From: a virus
Direction: 5' to 3' (one strand)
Length of the DNA stretch: 64,000 nucleotides
IMG/VR virus record: IMGVR_UViG_3300036884_000163
Coordinates: 1-64,000 of that record
In this document: positions 16,990 through 25,845 of the stretch, piece by piece
How positions within the stretch are numbered: position 1 is the stretch's first letter
Layout: each line of letters opens with the position of its first letter
The notes under the pieces: generated by a model
What the model was told of the DNA's origin: nothing
The model's input: only the letters and a program-made list of their open reading frames with translations
Databases searched by the model: none
Program-made: the position numbers and the translations under genes

Positions 16990-17624
16990 TTGGCGGGTGC
17001 GCTCTTGAGGTATTTCTGCTCCAACTGTCCGGACATCTTCCGCTTGTTCTCAATCATCCACTGCGATTCGTAGACCTGTAGGGCGGTTACGGCCGGCTGT
17101 CCTGCCATGGCTGCCGCCTGAGCGCTGGCATTGATGACCGTGCCCTTGGGCTGTACCAGCCCAACCGCTTCCATGCCATCGCGCAGTAGGTTGCGGACGT
17201 CGGCATCGCCGCGGTGCTCATGGGTGGTCATGGTACTCATGCGGTGCCGGTATTCTCCGTGAACGAACAGGGCGAGGTCTTGGCCGAGATTATTCAGGAC
17301 TTCCGTGCGCTCAGTTGCGGCCGCCGCGGTGCGTTGCAAGACGTCTGCCTTGAACTTCTCTTTCATTTCCTCAATCGTCTTGAGGACAAGTTCGCGGCGT
17401 TCGATGCCATAGCCCTGATGGATTGGCAGGCCAGCATAGCGGCAGGCGTCCGCGATGTACGCGCCTTGGGCGCGCCACGAGCAGTATTCAAGTTCTGGGA
17501 TAGAGAGAGCGGTTTTTGGCTGTTTATCACCGCGCTTGAGGTGGGTAGGGTGTTTCTTGCGGACAAGATTCTGGGGATTGCCTTGACGCGGAGATTTGGC
17601 GGGCTGTTGGGTGGGTTCAGACAT
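16986..17624 (-). CDS. putative terminase small subunit
   Basis: GNPQNL N-terminus, HTH-like segment, coupled to terL. Confidence 0.65.
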   Translation of the reverse strand: MSEPTQQPAKSPRQGNPQNLVRKKHPTHLKRGDKQPKTALSIPELEYCSWRAQGAYIADACRYAGLPIHQGYGIERRELVLKTIEEMKEKFKADVLQRTAAAATERTEVLNNLGQDLALFVHGEYRHRMSTMTTHEHRGDADVRNLLRDGMEAVGLVQPKGTVINASAQAAAMAGQPAVTALQVYESQWMIENKRKMSGQLEQKYLKSAPAK

Positions 17625-17755
17625 TTCGTCGCCGCCGCTGGTTCGGGCGGTTACAGCTTACTTCCCGGTGATTCAGGTGCGATCAGAGGGAAGGTGCGGC
17701 AACGACTTTACTGAGTTTCTCCAACCTCTTCCGGCTCTTCAACCGGCCGAGCCCA

Positions 17756-19021
17756 TTATACAACAACTTGCTCGCGGGTCGGCCATCTCATTCCTTTTTC
17801 TTTGGCCGCATCCCCAAAACGATCAGGGAATCTGGGGCCGACCTTGCCGGGAGTTACCGAGTTGGCATCGGTACCACTGGAGGATTTCGCAACATTGCTG
17901 TTGAGATTCTCATTTGCCCCAGCTTTAGCTCCTGCGGTTCCGAGAGATGGCCGAACATCGGGGGCAGTCGATCCGCGATCTGTTCCAGTTCCAGCGTTTT
18001 CTCTTTGCGCTTCATTGCTTCCCTTCTCCAGATGCCGCAACGGCACCTTGTCAATCACTCGACCGTCGCTGAGGGTTACCCGTGCATTCGCTTGGTCTGC
18101 CCAGTTCACGCTGCCAGTTGCGCCCGCGGGAATGATGTGCGACTCTCCGTTACCCTTGGAGAGTTGCACCTTGTTCGGGAAGGTTACGGAGTCGCCTTTG
18201 GCAAAGGCTGCGCCGTTCCCAGCAGATGAAACATCTCCTGCATTCGCCGGTTCAGATACTCGTCCAGCGACGTTGGTGCCAGAGACTTCGGCGAGAGCAC
18301 CATTGGAATGCTCATGTCCAACTGGTACGGTTCCTTCCCCTCTGGGAACACGTACAGTTTCTCCCCCGACTTTATCACGAACATTCCCGGCGGGAGGTGC
18401 GGATTCACTTCTAATTTCAGGTCCATTCTTTGATTCTACTCCCCCTGCCGCTGGCTGCGCATCTACAACTTCAAATTTTGGGGCAGGAGTTTTGCCGTCA
18501 ACAACCTCATATTGCGGGGCGGCAAGGTCGGCTGCTTTCTGGCGCCCCGTTACGCGTGGTACCGCTGTTGATCGTGCTTCCGAAGCTTTCGCGGTTTCCT
18601 TGGCGTTATCGTCGGCGATCTTGTCGCGGCGAGACACTTCTTCATTGATGACGCGTTGAGCGATGGTATCCGCCTGCTCTGGCGTTTTGACGATTTCCAG
18701 TTTGCCGCCGATTACAATCTTGCCTTGCTGCAGGATGGTTTTGGCCAGTTCTCCGTGAGTCTGAATCATGGCCTGCGACCTCTGGCCAGACGGAAGAGTC
18801 GCTAGATGGTCGCCAATTTCACTGATTTGCTGGTGGCCGACTTCGTGGACTGGCGGAGGGGCTTGTAGGGGCGGCGGAGGGGGCGGCGGGTCAACTGGAG
18901 GCAACCCTTGCGCAATCCGGCCAGCTCGCTGCCGCACGATATCGTATTCTGCGATGAGAGTGGCCACGGGATCTGGTGGCATCGGCAGTCCGAATTGTGG
19001 AGTCATTGGTTGAGTTGACAT
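17756..19021 (-). CDS. low-complexity protein resembling an internal-virion protein fragment
   Basis: Pro-rich N-terminus, (Y/F)EVVD repeats, SH3-like segment. Confidence 0.6.
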   Translation of the reverse strand: MSTQPMTPQFGLPMPPDPVATLIAEYDIVRQRAGRIAQGLPPVDPPPPPPPLQAPPPVHEVGHQQISEIGDHLATLPSGQRSQAMIQTHGELAKTILQQGKIVIGGKLEIVKTPEQADTIAQRVINEEVSRRDKIADDNAKETAKASEARSTAVPRVTGRQKAADLAAPQYEVVDGKTPAPKFEVVDAQPAAGGVESKNGPEIRSESAPPAGNVRDKVGGETVRVPRGEGTVPVGHEHSNGALAEVSGTNVAGRVSEPANAGDVSSAGNGAAFAKGDSVTFPNKVQLSKGNGESHIIPAGATGSVNWADQANARVTLSDGRVIDKVPLRHLEKGSNEAQRENAGTGTDRGSTAPDVRPSLGTAGAKAGANENLNSNVAKSSSGTDANSVTPGKVGPRFPDRFGDAAKEKGMRWPTREQVVV

Positions 19022-19034
19022 GAAAAGAACCAGG

Positions 19035-19054
19035 CCGGACTCTAATCCGGCCCT
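19035..19054 (-). terminator. probable intrinsic terminator
   Basis: GGCCGGA-N6-TCCGGCC followed by a U-rich tail on the - strand. Confidence 0.4.
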
Positions 19055-19074
19055 TTCCTGCTCTGTAAAGCGAC

Positions 19075-19419
19075 TTACCTGATGACGTTGCCCCTGAATT
19101 TAGCGGTAGCGGGCACAGGAGCCGAGTCGGTGACATCCAACTCAACCGGCGCCGTGCTAGTGCCAGCGGCAGTCGGAGTGCCTGCCAAGGTGATGTTGCC
19201 ATTGCCGTCTTCTGCAAAACTCACGCCAGCAGGCAGCGCGGCAGAATTCGGATCGGCAGAGTAGCTGTAAGGCGGAACGCCACCATTGACGGTGGCTACA
19301 GCCGTGCCATCGGCGGCAACGCCTTGGGTAAGCGTGATGGTTTCTGAGGCCGGGGTGACGGTGAGCGGTGCGACCGGCGGGTTGACATTGAAGACTACGG
19401 AGAGTGTGACTTCGGACAT
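19075..19419 (-). CDS. Ig-like (He_PIG) domain protein, putative decoration protein
   Basis: GGVPPYSY...LPAGVSF...ITLAGTPTAAGT; GAAAGGA RBS. Confidence 0.75.
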   Translation of the reverse strand: MSEVTLSVVFNVNPPVAPLTVTPASETITLTQGVAADGTAVATVNGGVPPYSYSADPNSAALPAGVSFAEDGNGNITLAGTPTAAGTSTAPVELDVTDSAPVPATAKFRGNVIR

Positions 19420-19512
19420 GTGAAATTCCTTTCGGTTGTGAAGTAGGTACTCAAGGATGCGGAGAAGTTCCCCGGAATGTGTCTCATGATGGGACATGGA
19501 GCCTCGGTGGAA

Positions 19513-19923
19513 CTAGGATTTCCCGAAGGCAATTTTCTTCGGCTTATGGGCAGACGTTTTCGCGGCGGTTTCCTGTTCGTCCACGGCGACATCGAGATCG
19601 TCGGCAGAGGGCAGATCGTCGGCCGGTTCGTGGTCGGGGCGCACGTTCTCTTCGTGCGGAGCAATCCAGTAGAACGACTGTTTATCCACGTCGTCCTTGT
19701 GCGGAACAAACAGCGTCCGGTGGAGGGTGTCCGCCCAGTTAATGCCGTTTAGCGCGTGATGCGCGTCAGTGGCGTCGAAGTAGACGAGGTTGAGAGTGAG
19801 TTGGCCGTGGCCTTCGACGGTATTGGAGCCGATGACCAGGGCGTCGTAGCGTTCGTACTTGCCTTGACCGGGCTTCTTTTCGGCTTTGTAGGTGAACAGC
19901 AGAACGTGCTTGGGCACTTCCAT
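19513..19923 (-). CDS. hypothetical protein
   Basis: AAGGAG RBS. Confidence 0.75.
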   Translation of the reverse strand: MEVPKHVLLFTYKAEKKPGQGKYERYDALVIGSNTVEGHGQLTLNLVYFDATDAHHALNGINWADTLHRTLFVPHKDDVDKQSFYWIAPHEENVRPDHEPADDLPSADDLDVAVDEQETAAKTSAHKPKKIAFGKS

Positions 19924-19988
19924 TTGAGTCTCCTTTGAAATTGTTGGGGATTGAGTTGCTGGCCTTGCGGGGCTTTATACTTTGCTAC

Positions 19989-22900
19989 CTACTTCGGCGG
20001 TCCCCACGCCAGTTTGCCGTTCGCATCCCGAACCGCGCGCGCATGGATTTGTTTTGTCCGTGGATCGCGCAGGATGCTGGTGTCGTTCTGGGGCTTGAAT
20101 TTCTCCGCCCCTTGCGGTACGGCAAAGGGAGTTGTAGAATCGGGGGCAGAGGTGGTTATGGGCGTACCTGAGTGGGGCTGTGTGATATTTGTGCTTTGGT
20201 TTGCTGTGGAGCTAGTAGCAGAAACGAGACGGGACGTACCAGGCTGGCCTTGGCCTAAATCGCGATCTCGTAAATCACGATCTCGTTCCTGATCGCCAGT
20301 TATACCGCCAGCGATTGCAGCCGTGCCCACGCTTTTCTTGATGATAGCGCTTGCCGCGCGTGCCAACCCTGGTCGCGTTGCCAACTCCATCCAGAGCTTA
20401 GGTCCATAACTTATCGCCGCGCCGCCCGCAAAAGTGAGAGGACTAGCCGCGAGCGCACCTTTCGCCATGGTGACCAACCCAAAAAGCTGTCGAATGGCGA
20501 ACATCCGCCCCATCATTCCAGCACCGCCGCCAATTCCCTTGCTCAATGCGTAGTCATTGAGACTCTGGGTGAAATCATCCATCGCCTTCAGGTTTTCCTC
20601 GGGTAGAATGCGTTCCAGCGAGGGGCGGACTTTCGAGAACTCGCTTTGAAATTTACCGACATCAAAGATACCGTCAGTTGATCCGAATGCGCCTTGCACC
20701 ATGGCGTTATCGCTGGCGTTGCGGAAAATGCGCTGTCCGAGTTGCGCTCGCAGTTGTGTCGCTTGCGGGTGCTTGTCGATCACTTCGAGCAATTTATCGG
20801 TGTACTCTTGGCTGTTGCCTGCGCGCTCGACGAGTTTCGATGGTTCCAATTCATTCGCCGCAGTGTCGGCAACTTTCTGTGTCCCTTTTTCAGTGACTGA
20901 TGGAGTTTCCATGCGCTGTGAGGCAGATCTCGCGCCAGTTGCCCGCCGTTCCGCAGCCACCACAGCCGAATTTTTGGTCACGTCCACACCCGCCACCTTC
21001 GCGGCCTTTTCTGAGGTCTCAGCCTTGGCGATCTTTTGCAGTTGATCGTCGAGCGCCATTTCCTGCGGCGAACGCTGCGCCATGCGCTTGCTATCAAGGT
21101 CTTTTACGAACTTGGTATATTTTTCCTCGCCCAAAAGAGTCTTGAGCGCTGGCGAACTTTGCGCGTTGCGGTGCGCCAGATCGTAATCGATCGCCTCGGG
21201 GCGCACACTGGCTGGCAAATCTGAGGAACCGGACGTAACCTTGGTGCTTTTCCGCAACACATAGTCCATGGCCCCACGCTGCGCCGTAGCTAAGCCTTCT
21301 CCTGTCTTGTCGGCATCTAACGCTGTTCTCAAGTCGGCAATGTCCGCTTCGTTCCCAGAGCGCATAACGGCTCCAATGACTTTCGCGGGATCGTCGCTTA
21401 ATACCATACGGCGGATAAATTTAGGATCGACGAACGTTGCCTTACGATCCACCGTCAGCGCGTTTGCCTCATTGAATTGCTTCGTGAGGTCCGGATGTGG
21501 TTCAAGCGATTTCTTCATCGCATCCGACATGCTCCCATACAGTTCTTGCTGAACGCGGACAGCGTTGCCACCCATCCCCGTTTGTTGGAAGTGTTTGCGA
21601 GCCCCCTGAAGTGATTCCCGGACCGCTGTACGTCCGGTCTTCATGATGTCGTAAGGCACTCCGGCCTCAAGTGGCTGAACGCCTTGCTTTGCTGCCTCAG
21701 TTTCGACTCGCTGCAGTGCATCTTTCCAGTTCGTGCCGCCAGCTCCTCTCGTTATTTCCTTCCCACTAGGAGGGGATTCTGCGAGAGACTTAAGTTCCAC
21801 ATAATTGTGCCCAGTCATGGCCTCTGCATACGGATCGAGGGGGCTGTTTGCAGCTTCACCTTCGGATGCGCGCTCAAGCATTTTTAGAACGCTTGCTGGA
21901 ATCGAGGAAGTAATGAGATCGCGGGCCGGGCCTTCCAATTGCACAACGCTCTTCGCAACATCTTGCATCGGTTTTGTATCAACAACTATCCCGCGATCTT
22001 TTGCTGCCTTCGTGAGTTGATTGTGCGCCGCCGATTCTTCTCCCTTGGCGGCATCGTTCGCTCCTCGCAAGGAAGTAATGATCTGTCGGTCGGCTTCCGG
22101 CACTGGCAATTCATCCCGGCCCGAAATGTCTTTTGCGGTCTGTTTCCCGGATTGAATATCGGCGCTGCGGCGTGCGTCCAAATCTCGCGTTGCAGATGCC
22201 TGAGCTTCCCTGCCCGCTGTTTCTGTGGCGGCGACCCTAGTCGTTTCCGCTTCGTCTTGAGCGCGATTAGCTAAATCTTTGACCAATCCTTGCGCTTCGC
22301 CTTGGCGTTGTAATACATCGCGCGCCGCGCCTTGAACGGCGGCACCAGTTGTTTCTGGAGTTCCTGCTTCTGGGCTAACTTTCGCCGCTGCATCCGTCAT
22401 GGCGGCGGTTCGATTACTCATCACATCTTGCATTCGGTTCTGAGACGTGCCCATGCGACTAAGCAGCTTTTCGGCACCCTGCTTTAGTCCGGCTCCCGCT
22501 GCTTCCCCAGAAGTCAAGGGAGCGCCTGGAATCGGCTCCCGCGCCGCCGGATGGATGCTTTTCATTAATCCTTCCCCAGCAACCGCAGTCAGTGCTTGAC
22601 CTGCGCCTTGTGCCGCTGTATCCTCCGCGGCATTTAGATAGCTTCCAGTTGGATCGGATGACTGGTCAATATCGTGGATTGCTCCAACTATTTTGGTGGC
22701 ATCGGCGGCGGAATGGCCGAGGCTCTGCAAGGTTCGGTGCAGGGGAAGGGCGGCCGGACTCATGGCGGCGATGCCGAGTTCGGTGTTATCTTTCGGTGCG
22801 GCGAACATATCCCACGCGCCTTTAAGAGCACCCTTGGTACCTTCCGCCACTTTATTAAGACCATGGATGGTCGCTCCCGCTACTCCCGCTGGGCCGGTAT

Positions 22901-23129
22901 AGCCGAGATATTCCTTGTCGGTCTTTTCCGTGGGCTGAGTCAGCGTGTCCCAGACTGAGGGTTGTGCTGGGGCTTGTGACGCTGGTGGCTTGGCAGGCAC
23001 GGACGAAATAGCGCTGACCGGCTTGGCGATAGCCGCAAAAGGATCGGTAGCCGTCTGCATCGCTGGCGGCATGGCTCCGCTGGAAGCAATTGGGCTAGCG
23101 ATGGCCGCGAAGGGGTCTTGATCTGGCAT
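19989..23129 (-). CDS. large DNA-ejection/internal virion protein
   Basis: 1046 aa, Ala/Gly-rich and helical; DPFAAIA twice at the N-terminus; position after nozzle genes. Confidence 0.7.
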   Translation of the reverse strand: MPDQDPFAAIASPIASSGAMPPAMQTATDPFAAIAKPVSAISSVPAKPPASQAPAQPSVWDTLTQPTEKTDKEYLGYTGPAGVAGATIHGLNKVAEGTKGALKGAWDMFAAPKDNTELGIAAMSPAALPLHRTLQSLGHSAADATKIVGAIHDIDQSSDPTGSYLNAAEDTAAQGAGQALTAVAGEGLMKSIHPAAREPIPGAPLTSGEAAGAGLKQGAEKLLSRMGTSQNRMQDVMSNRTAAMTDAAAKVSPEAGTPETTGAAVQGAARDVLQRQGEAQGLVKDLANRAQDEAETTRVAATETAGREAQASATRDLDARRSADIQSGKQTAKDISGRDELPVPEADRQIITSLRGANDAAKGEESAAHNQLTKAAKDRGIVVDTKPMQDVAKSVVQLEGPARDLITSSIPASVLKMLERASEGEAANSPLDPYAEAMTGHNYVELKSLAESPPSGKEITRGAGGTNWKDALQRVETEAAKQGVQPLEAGVPYDIMKTGRTAVRESLQGARKHFQQTGMGGNAVRVQQELYGSMSDAMKKSLEPHPDLTKQFNEANALTVDRKATFVDPKFIRRMVLSDDPAKVIGAVMRSGNEADIADLRTALDADKTGEGLATAQRGAMDYVLRKSTKVTSGSSDLPASVRPEAIDYDLAHRNAQSSPALKTLLGEEKYTKFVKDLDSKRMAQRSPQEMALDDQLQKIAKAETSEKAAKVAGVDVTKNSAVVAAERRATGARSASQRMETPSVTEKGTQKVADTAANELEPSKLVERAGNSQEYTDKLLEVIDKHPQATQLRAQLGQRIFRNASDNAMVQGAFGSTDGIFDVGKFQSEFSKVRPSLERILPEENLKAMDDFTQSLNDYALSKGIGGGAGMMGRMFAIRQLFGLVTMAKGALAASPLTFAGGAAISYGPKLWMELATRPGLARAASAIIKKSVGTAAIAGGITGDQERDRDLRDRDLGQGQPGTSRLVSATSSTANQSTNITQPHSGTPITTSAPDSTTPFAVPQGAEKFKPQNDTSILRDPRTKQIHARAVRDANGKLAWGPPK

Positions 23130-24349
23130 TACGGGGTTACCTGGTGTCCGAATGATTGAATGGCTTGCTTGATTTCAGCGTCAGATTTCCCTTTGTACTG
23201 CGGAAGCTGGCGGGCGGCTGCCAGACTCACCCCTTTGCCGCTACTCGGCGCTCCTGCGCTCGGTGCCGCGCCCGACGCACTACGAACTGAGGTCAACCGC
23301 TGGTTAACCTCATCGTTGACGGTCTGGATTTCCTTGTTTTTGTTCCCCGTCAATTTATTCCAATAAGGATGCTCTTTCCAGTCGTTCTCGATGGAAGTGA
23401 GTCGTGCTTTCCTTTCGTCTTCTAGGGATTTCGCGTCCGTGCCGATGGAGAACTTCTGGCGATCGTTCTCATTTTTCTGTTCTCGTATTTGGTTAGCCAT
23501 GTCTTGCATACGTCCCTGCTGCTCGATGGACATCTGTTTGAGATCCAACCCTCGACTCTTGGATTCCAAGTCGTTCGAAATCTTCGCAAGAGCAGCGTCT
23601 TTCTGATCCGACTCCTTGATTTTCGCGGTATCGGCAATTTGCTGCCTGAGATCGTCAATGGACTTGTTTTGCTTTTCTGTTTCCGCTTCCTTTTTGGCGT
23701 TGATCTGGTTTGTTGCCCCTTCCTGCATAACTCGAGCGTAGTCCGAGGCAAGAGCGTTGCCGCGGCCCAGGTCTTCACCTTCGGTTTTCCACTGGCTTTC
23801 CTGCTGGCCGTAGGCGGTCTGGGCCCGGTCCCATGGGCCATACTTAAAAGCCTGTCCAGCTTTCGCGCCAGCTTCGTAGCCTCCCCCCCCTAATCCAGCC
23901 GCAGCCCCAATAAACGGCGAGACGATCTTCTTCCAGAGCGGCGGTTTGTAATCTTCGTAGTTCGGAGCGGTTGGCTTGCGTCCCTGCCAATCCGTCTCCG
24001 CCTGCTGGCGTTGCTTGATGAAGTCAAGACCAGATTGCGTAGCCTTGGCTTGCGGGTTTTGAGCCGGATCATCAGAGGGTGCGGGCGGTGGCGCGGATGA
24101 AGCGCCGGTGGCTTTACCCCAATCCATCGTTCCTGTTGGCGAAGGAGGCGTGTAAGTAGGCACCGGACCGCGCTGTTGCATGGGAACTTGCGGTGGTACG
24201 GCTGGAGGAGGAGCCACTGGCTGAACCTGCGGCATGGCCGCCGCGGGCTGCATCGGTTGCGGAGGCATACCGGGCGTGGGCGGTACAGCCCCTTTGGCGA
24301 GGGCGGCCTTTAAGAGATCGGGATTCATCGCTGGCATCCAGGAACTCAT
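23129..24349 (-). CDS. DNA-ejection/internal virion protein
   Basis: Pro-rich N-terminus, Gly-rich hydrophobic patch, coiled coil; TAATG coupling. Confidence 0.65.
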   Translation of the reverse strand: MSSWMPAMNPDLLKAALAKGAVPPTPGMPPQPMQPAAAMPQVQPVAPPPAVPPQVPMQQRGPVPTYTPPSPTGTMDWGKATGASSAPPPAPSDDPAQNPQAKATQSGLDFIKQRQQAETDWQGRKPTAPNYEDYKPPLWKKIVSPFIGAAAGLGGGGYEAGAKAGQAFKYGPWDRAQTAYGQQESQWKTEGEDLGRGNALASDYARVMQEGATNQINAKKEAETEKQNKSIDDLRQQIADTAKIKESDQKDAALAKISNDLESKSRGLDLKQMSIEQQGRMQDMANQIREQKNENDRQKFSIGTDAKSLEDERKARLTSIENDWKEHPYWNKLTGNKNKEIQTVNDEVNQRLTSVRSASGAAPSAGAPSSGKGVSLAAARQLPQYKGKSDAEIKQAIQSFGHQVTP

Positions 24350-24918
24350 TAGGCTCCCCCTCCCGCTGCGCCTGCGGCTGCTTGCTTTGCGGAGCCTATG
24401 ACATTGTTCCAGAACCCGTACTGCTGACCTGAGAGGTTGCTTAGATTATTGAGTGCAGTCCCCTGCCCGCCGGTTGCCGTGCCGTACATGCCTTGCTCGG
24501 CTTGTGCCGCTCCGAGCGGCAAACCCGCAAGATACTGCTGATACTGGAGGTTCTTGCTGTAGTCCTGCGCTGCGCGCTGGGCGCTCAAGGTATCGGCTTC
24601 GCGGCCAGTTTGCAACGTCACATCCCGCTGCGCGAGCGGAACCTGAGAGGAATTCAGTCCCCCGGTTGCTTTCGACCAGCGTGCCATCTCCGCCTTGCCG
24701 GAATTGGCATTCGTGTTCAGGGCTTCCGACTGCAACTTGTTCTGATTGGAAAGGTATGCAGTGGACTTATAGGGGTCGGCACCAACATCCTGGCCAGAGT
24801 CCAGTTTGCCAATATTGGCGTTGTATTGGGCAACGTCGCCCTGCTCCTGGCCATAAGCGGTTTTGCTCTCCGTGCCGTAAGTGTCATTGGCAGCTTTTGC
24901 CGCACTATCCCGCGCCAT
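24349..24918 (-). CDS. small ejection (pilot) protein
   Basis: Gln/Ala/Gly-rich, podovirus synteny. Confidence 0.6.
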   Translation of the reverse strand: MARDSAAKAANDTYGTESKTAYGQEQGDVAQYNANIGKLDSGQDVGADPYKSTAYLSNQNKLQSEALNTNANSGKAEMARWSKATGGLNSSQVPLAQRDVTLQTGREADTLSAQRAAQDYSKNLQYQQYLAGLPLGAAQAEQGMYGTATGGQGTALNNLSNLSGQQYGFWNNVIGSAKQAAAGAAGGGA

Positions 24919-24921
24919 CGG

Positions 24922-25350
24922 TTAGTCCTTTCCAATCCACTTGCTGTACGGCGTGACTTCCGACTGATCTTCGCGCACGAATCCGAAATGCTTCAGGATG
25001 CGCTCGATGGCTGTAGGCTTCTTGGGACGGCTGCGAATCAAGGCCGCGTTCGGAATGAAAGCGTGGACGGAGCGGATGCGGTAGCCTTCGCAGACTGTCC
25101 GCATGGCCTTTGCTGCCTTATCCCACTCTTTCAGAGGAAGAGGTACTTCACCAAGCAGTACAATCTCCGCCTGTGCTTCGAGTTGTGCTGCATTTGTCAC
25201 TACACCATCGCGTTCGTAGACCAACCCTACAAGCGATGGCCGTTTGTCGAGTTCCGCTAATGGGAACTTCATTCCCAGCCGAGATTCCATCTGCGCGTGC
25301 ATGGTGTCCACGGCTTCTTTATCGCTGGCTTCATAGCCGCGCCAGCCCAT
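24922..25350 (-). CDS. GNAT-fold tail assembly-like protein
   Basis: R.Y...D N-terminus, IERILKHFGF C-terminus; typical position before ejection genes. Confidence 0.55.
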   Translation of the reverse strand: MGWRGYEASDKEAVDTMHAQMESRLGMKFPLAELDKRPSLVGLVYERDGVVTNAAQLEAQAEIVLLGEVPLPLKEWDKAAKAMRTVCEGYRIRSVHAFIPNAALIRSRPKKPTAIERILKHFGFVREDQSEVTPYSKWIGKD

Positions 25351-25772
25351 TATGGAATCACCACCTGGCCGCTGCGGACTGGGCCTGTAAATGTCTTGCC
25401 GTCGAAACTGGAACGTACTTCAAAATGGAAGGTTCCAGATCCCAATTCCTTCGTGTCGATGTACGTCTGGTGCGTGATTCCAAAATCCGTCACGCTCTTG
25501 TTGAACTGTGGGAACGGACTGGCTCGTATCCAGTGACGAATCGGAGCGGCAATCGGATTGCCCCGGCTCGTTTGGAATTCTGGATTCACGATACGGATGA
25601 ATGCGTGTCCGGGCGCGCTCGGATTTACAGTCACGTTCAAAATCGCTTTTGGGGGTGCCGGTGCTTTGCGGCCATTCTCGAAACTTTGCAGGTTCGCGGC
25701 TGCTTCGAGATTGTTCAGCCGCTCATAGATCCGGCGCACGAAGCTCTGCTGTGCATGATCGGGGAAGGCCAA
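25350..25772 (-). CDS. hypothetical virion protein (FN3-like C-terminus)
   Basis: GT.HFEVRSSFDG. Confidence 0.6.
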   Translation of the reverse strand: MAFPDHAQQSFVRRIYERLNNLEAAANLQSFENGRKAPAPPKAILNVTVNPSAPGHAFIRIVNPEFQTSRGNPIAAPIRHWIRASPFPQFNKSVTDFGITHQTYIDTKELGSGTFHFEVRSSFDGKTFTGPVRSGQVVIP

Positions 25773-25845
25773 TATGCTCGGCGCTGGCGTCTTGTATGAG
25801 ATACCATTCTCCTATGCTGAAACATGGTAAGGTATAGAAAACACT

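Noticed and set aside
23884-23891. C-homopolymer as a phase-variation site in an ejection gene
   Set aside because: In frame, encodes Gly residues in a Gly-rich segment, and there is no evidence of slippage.
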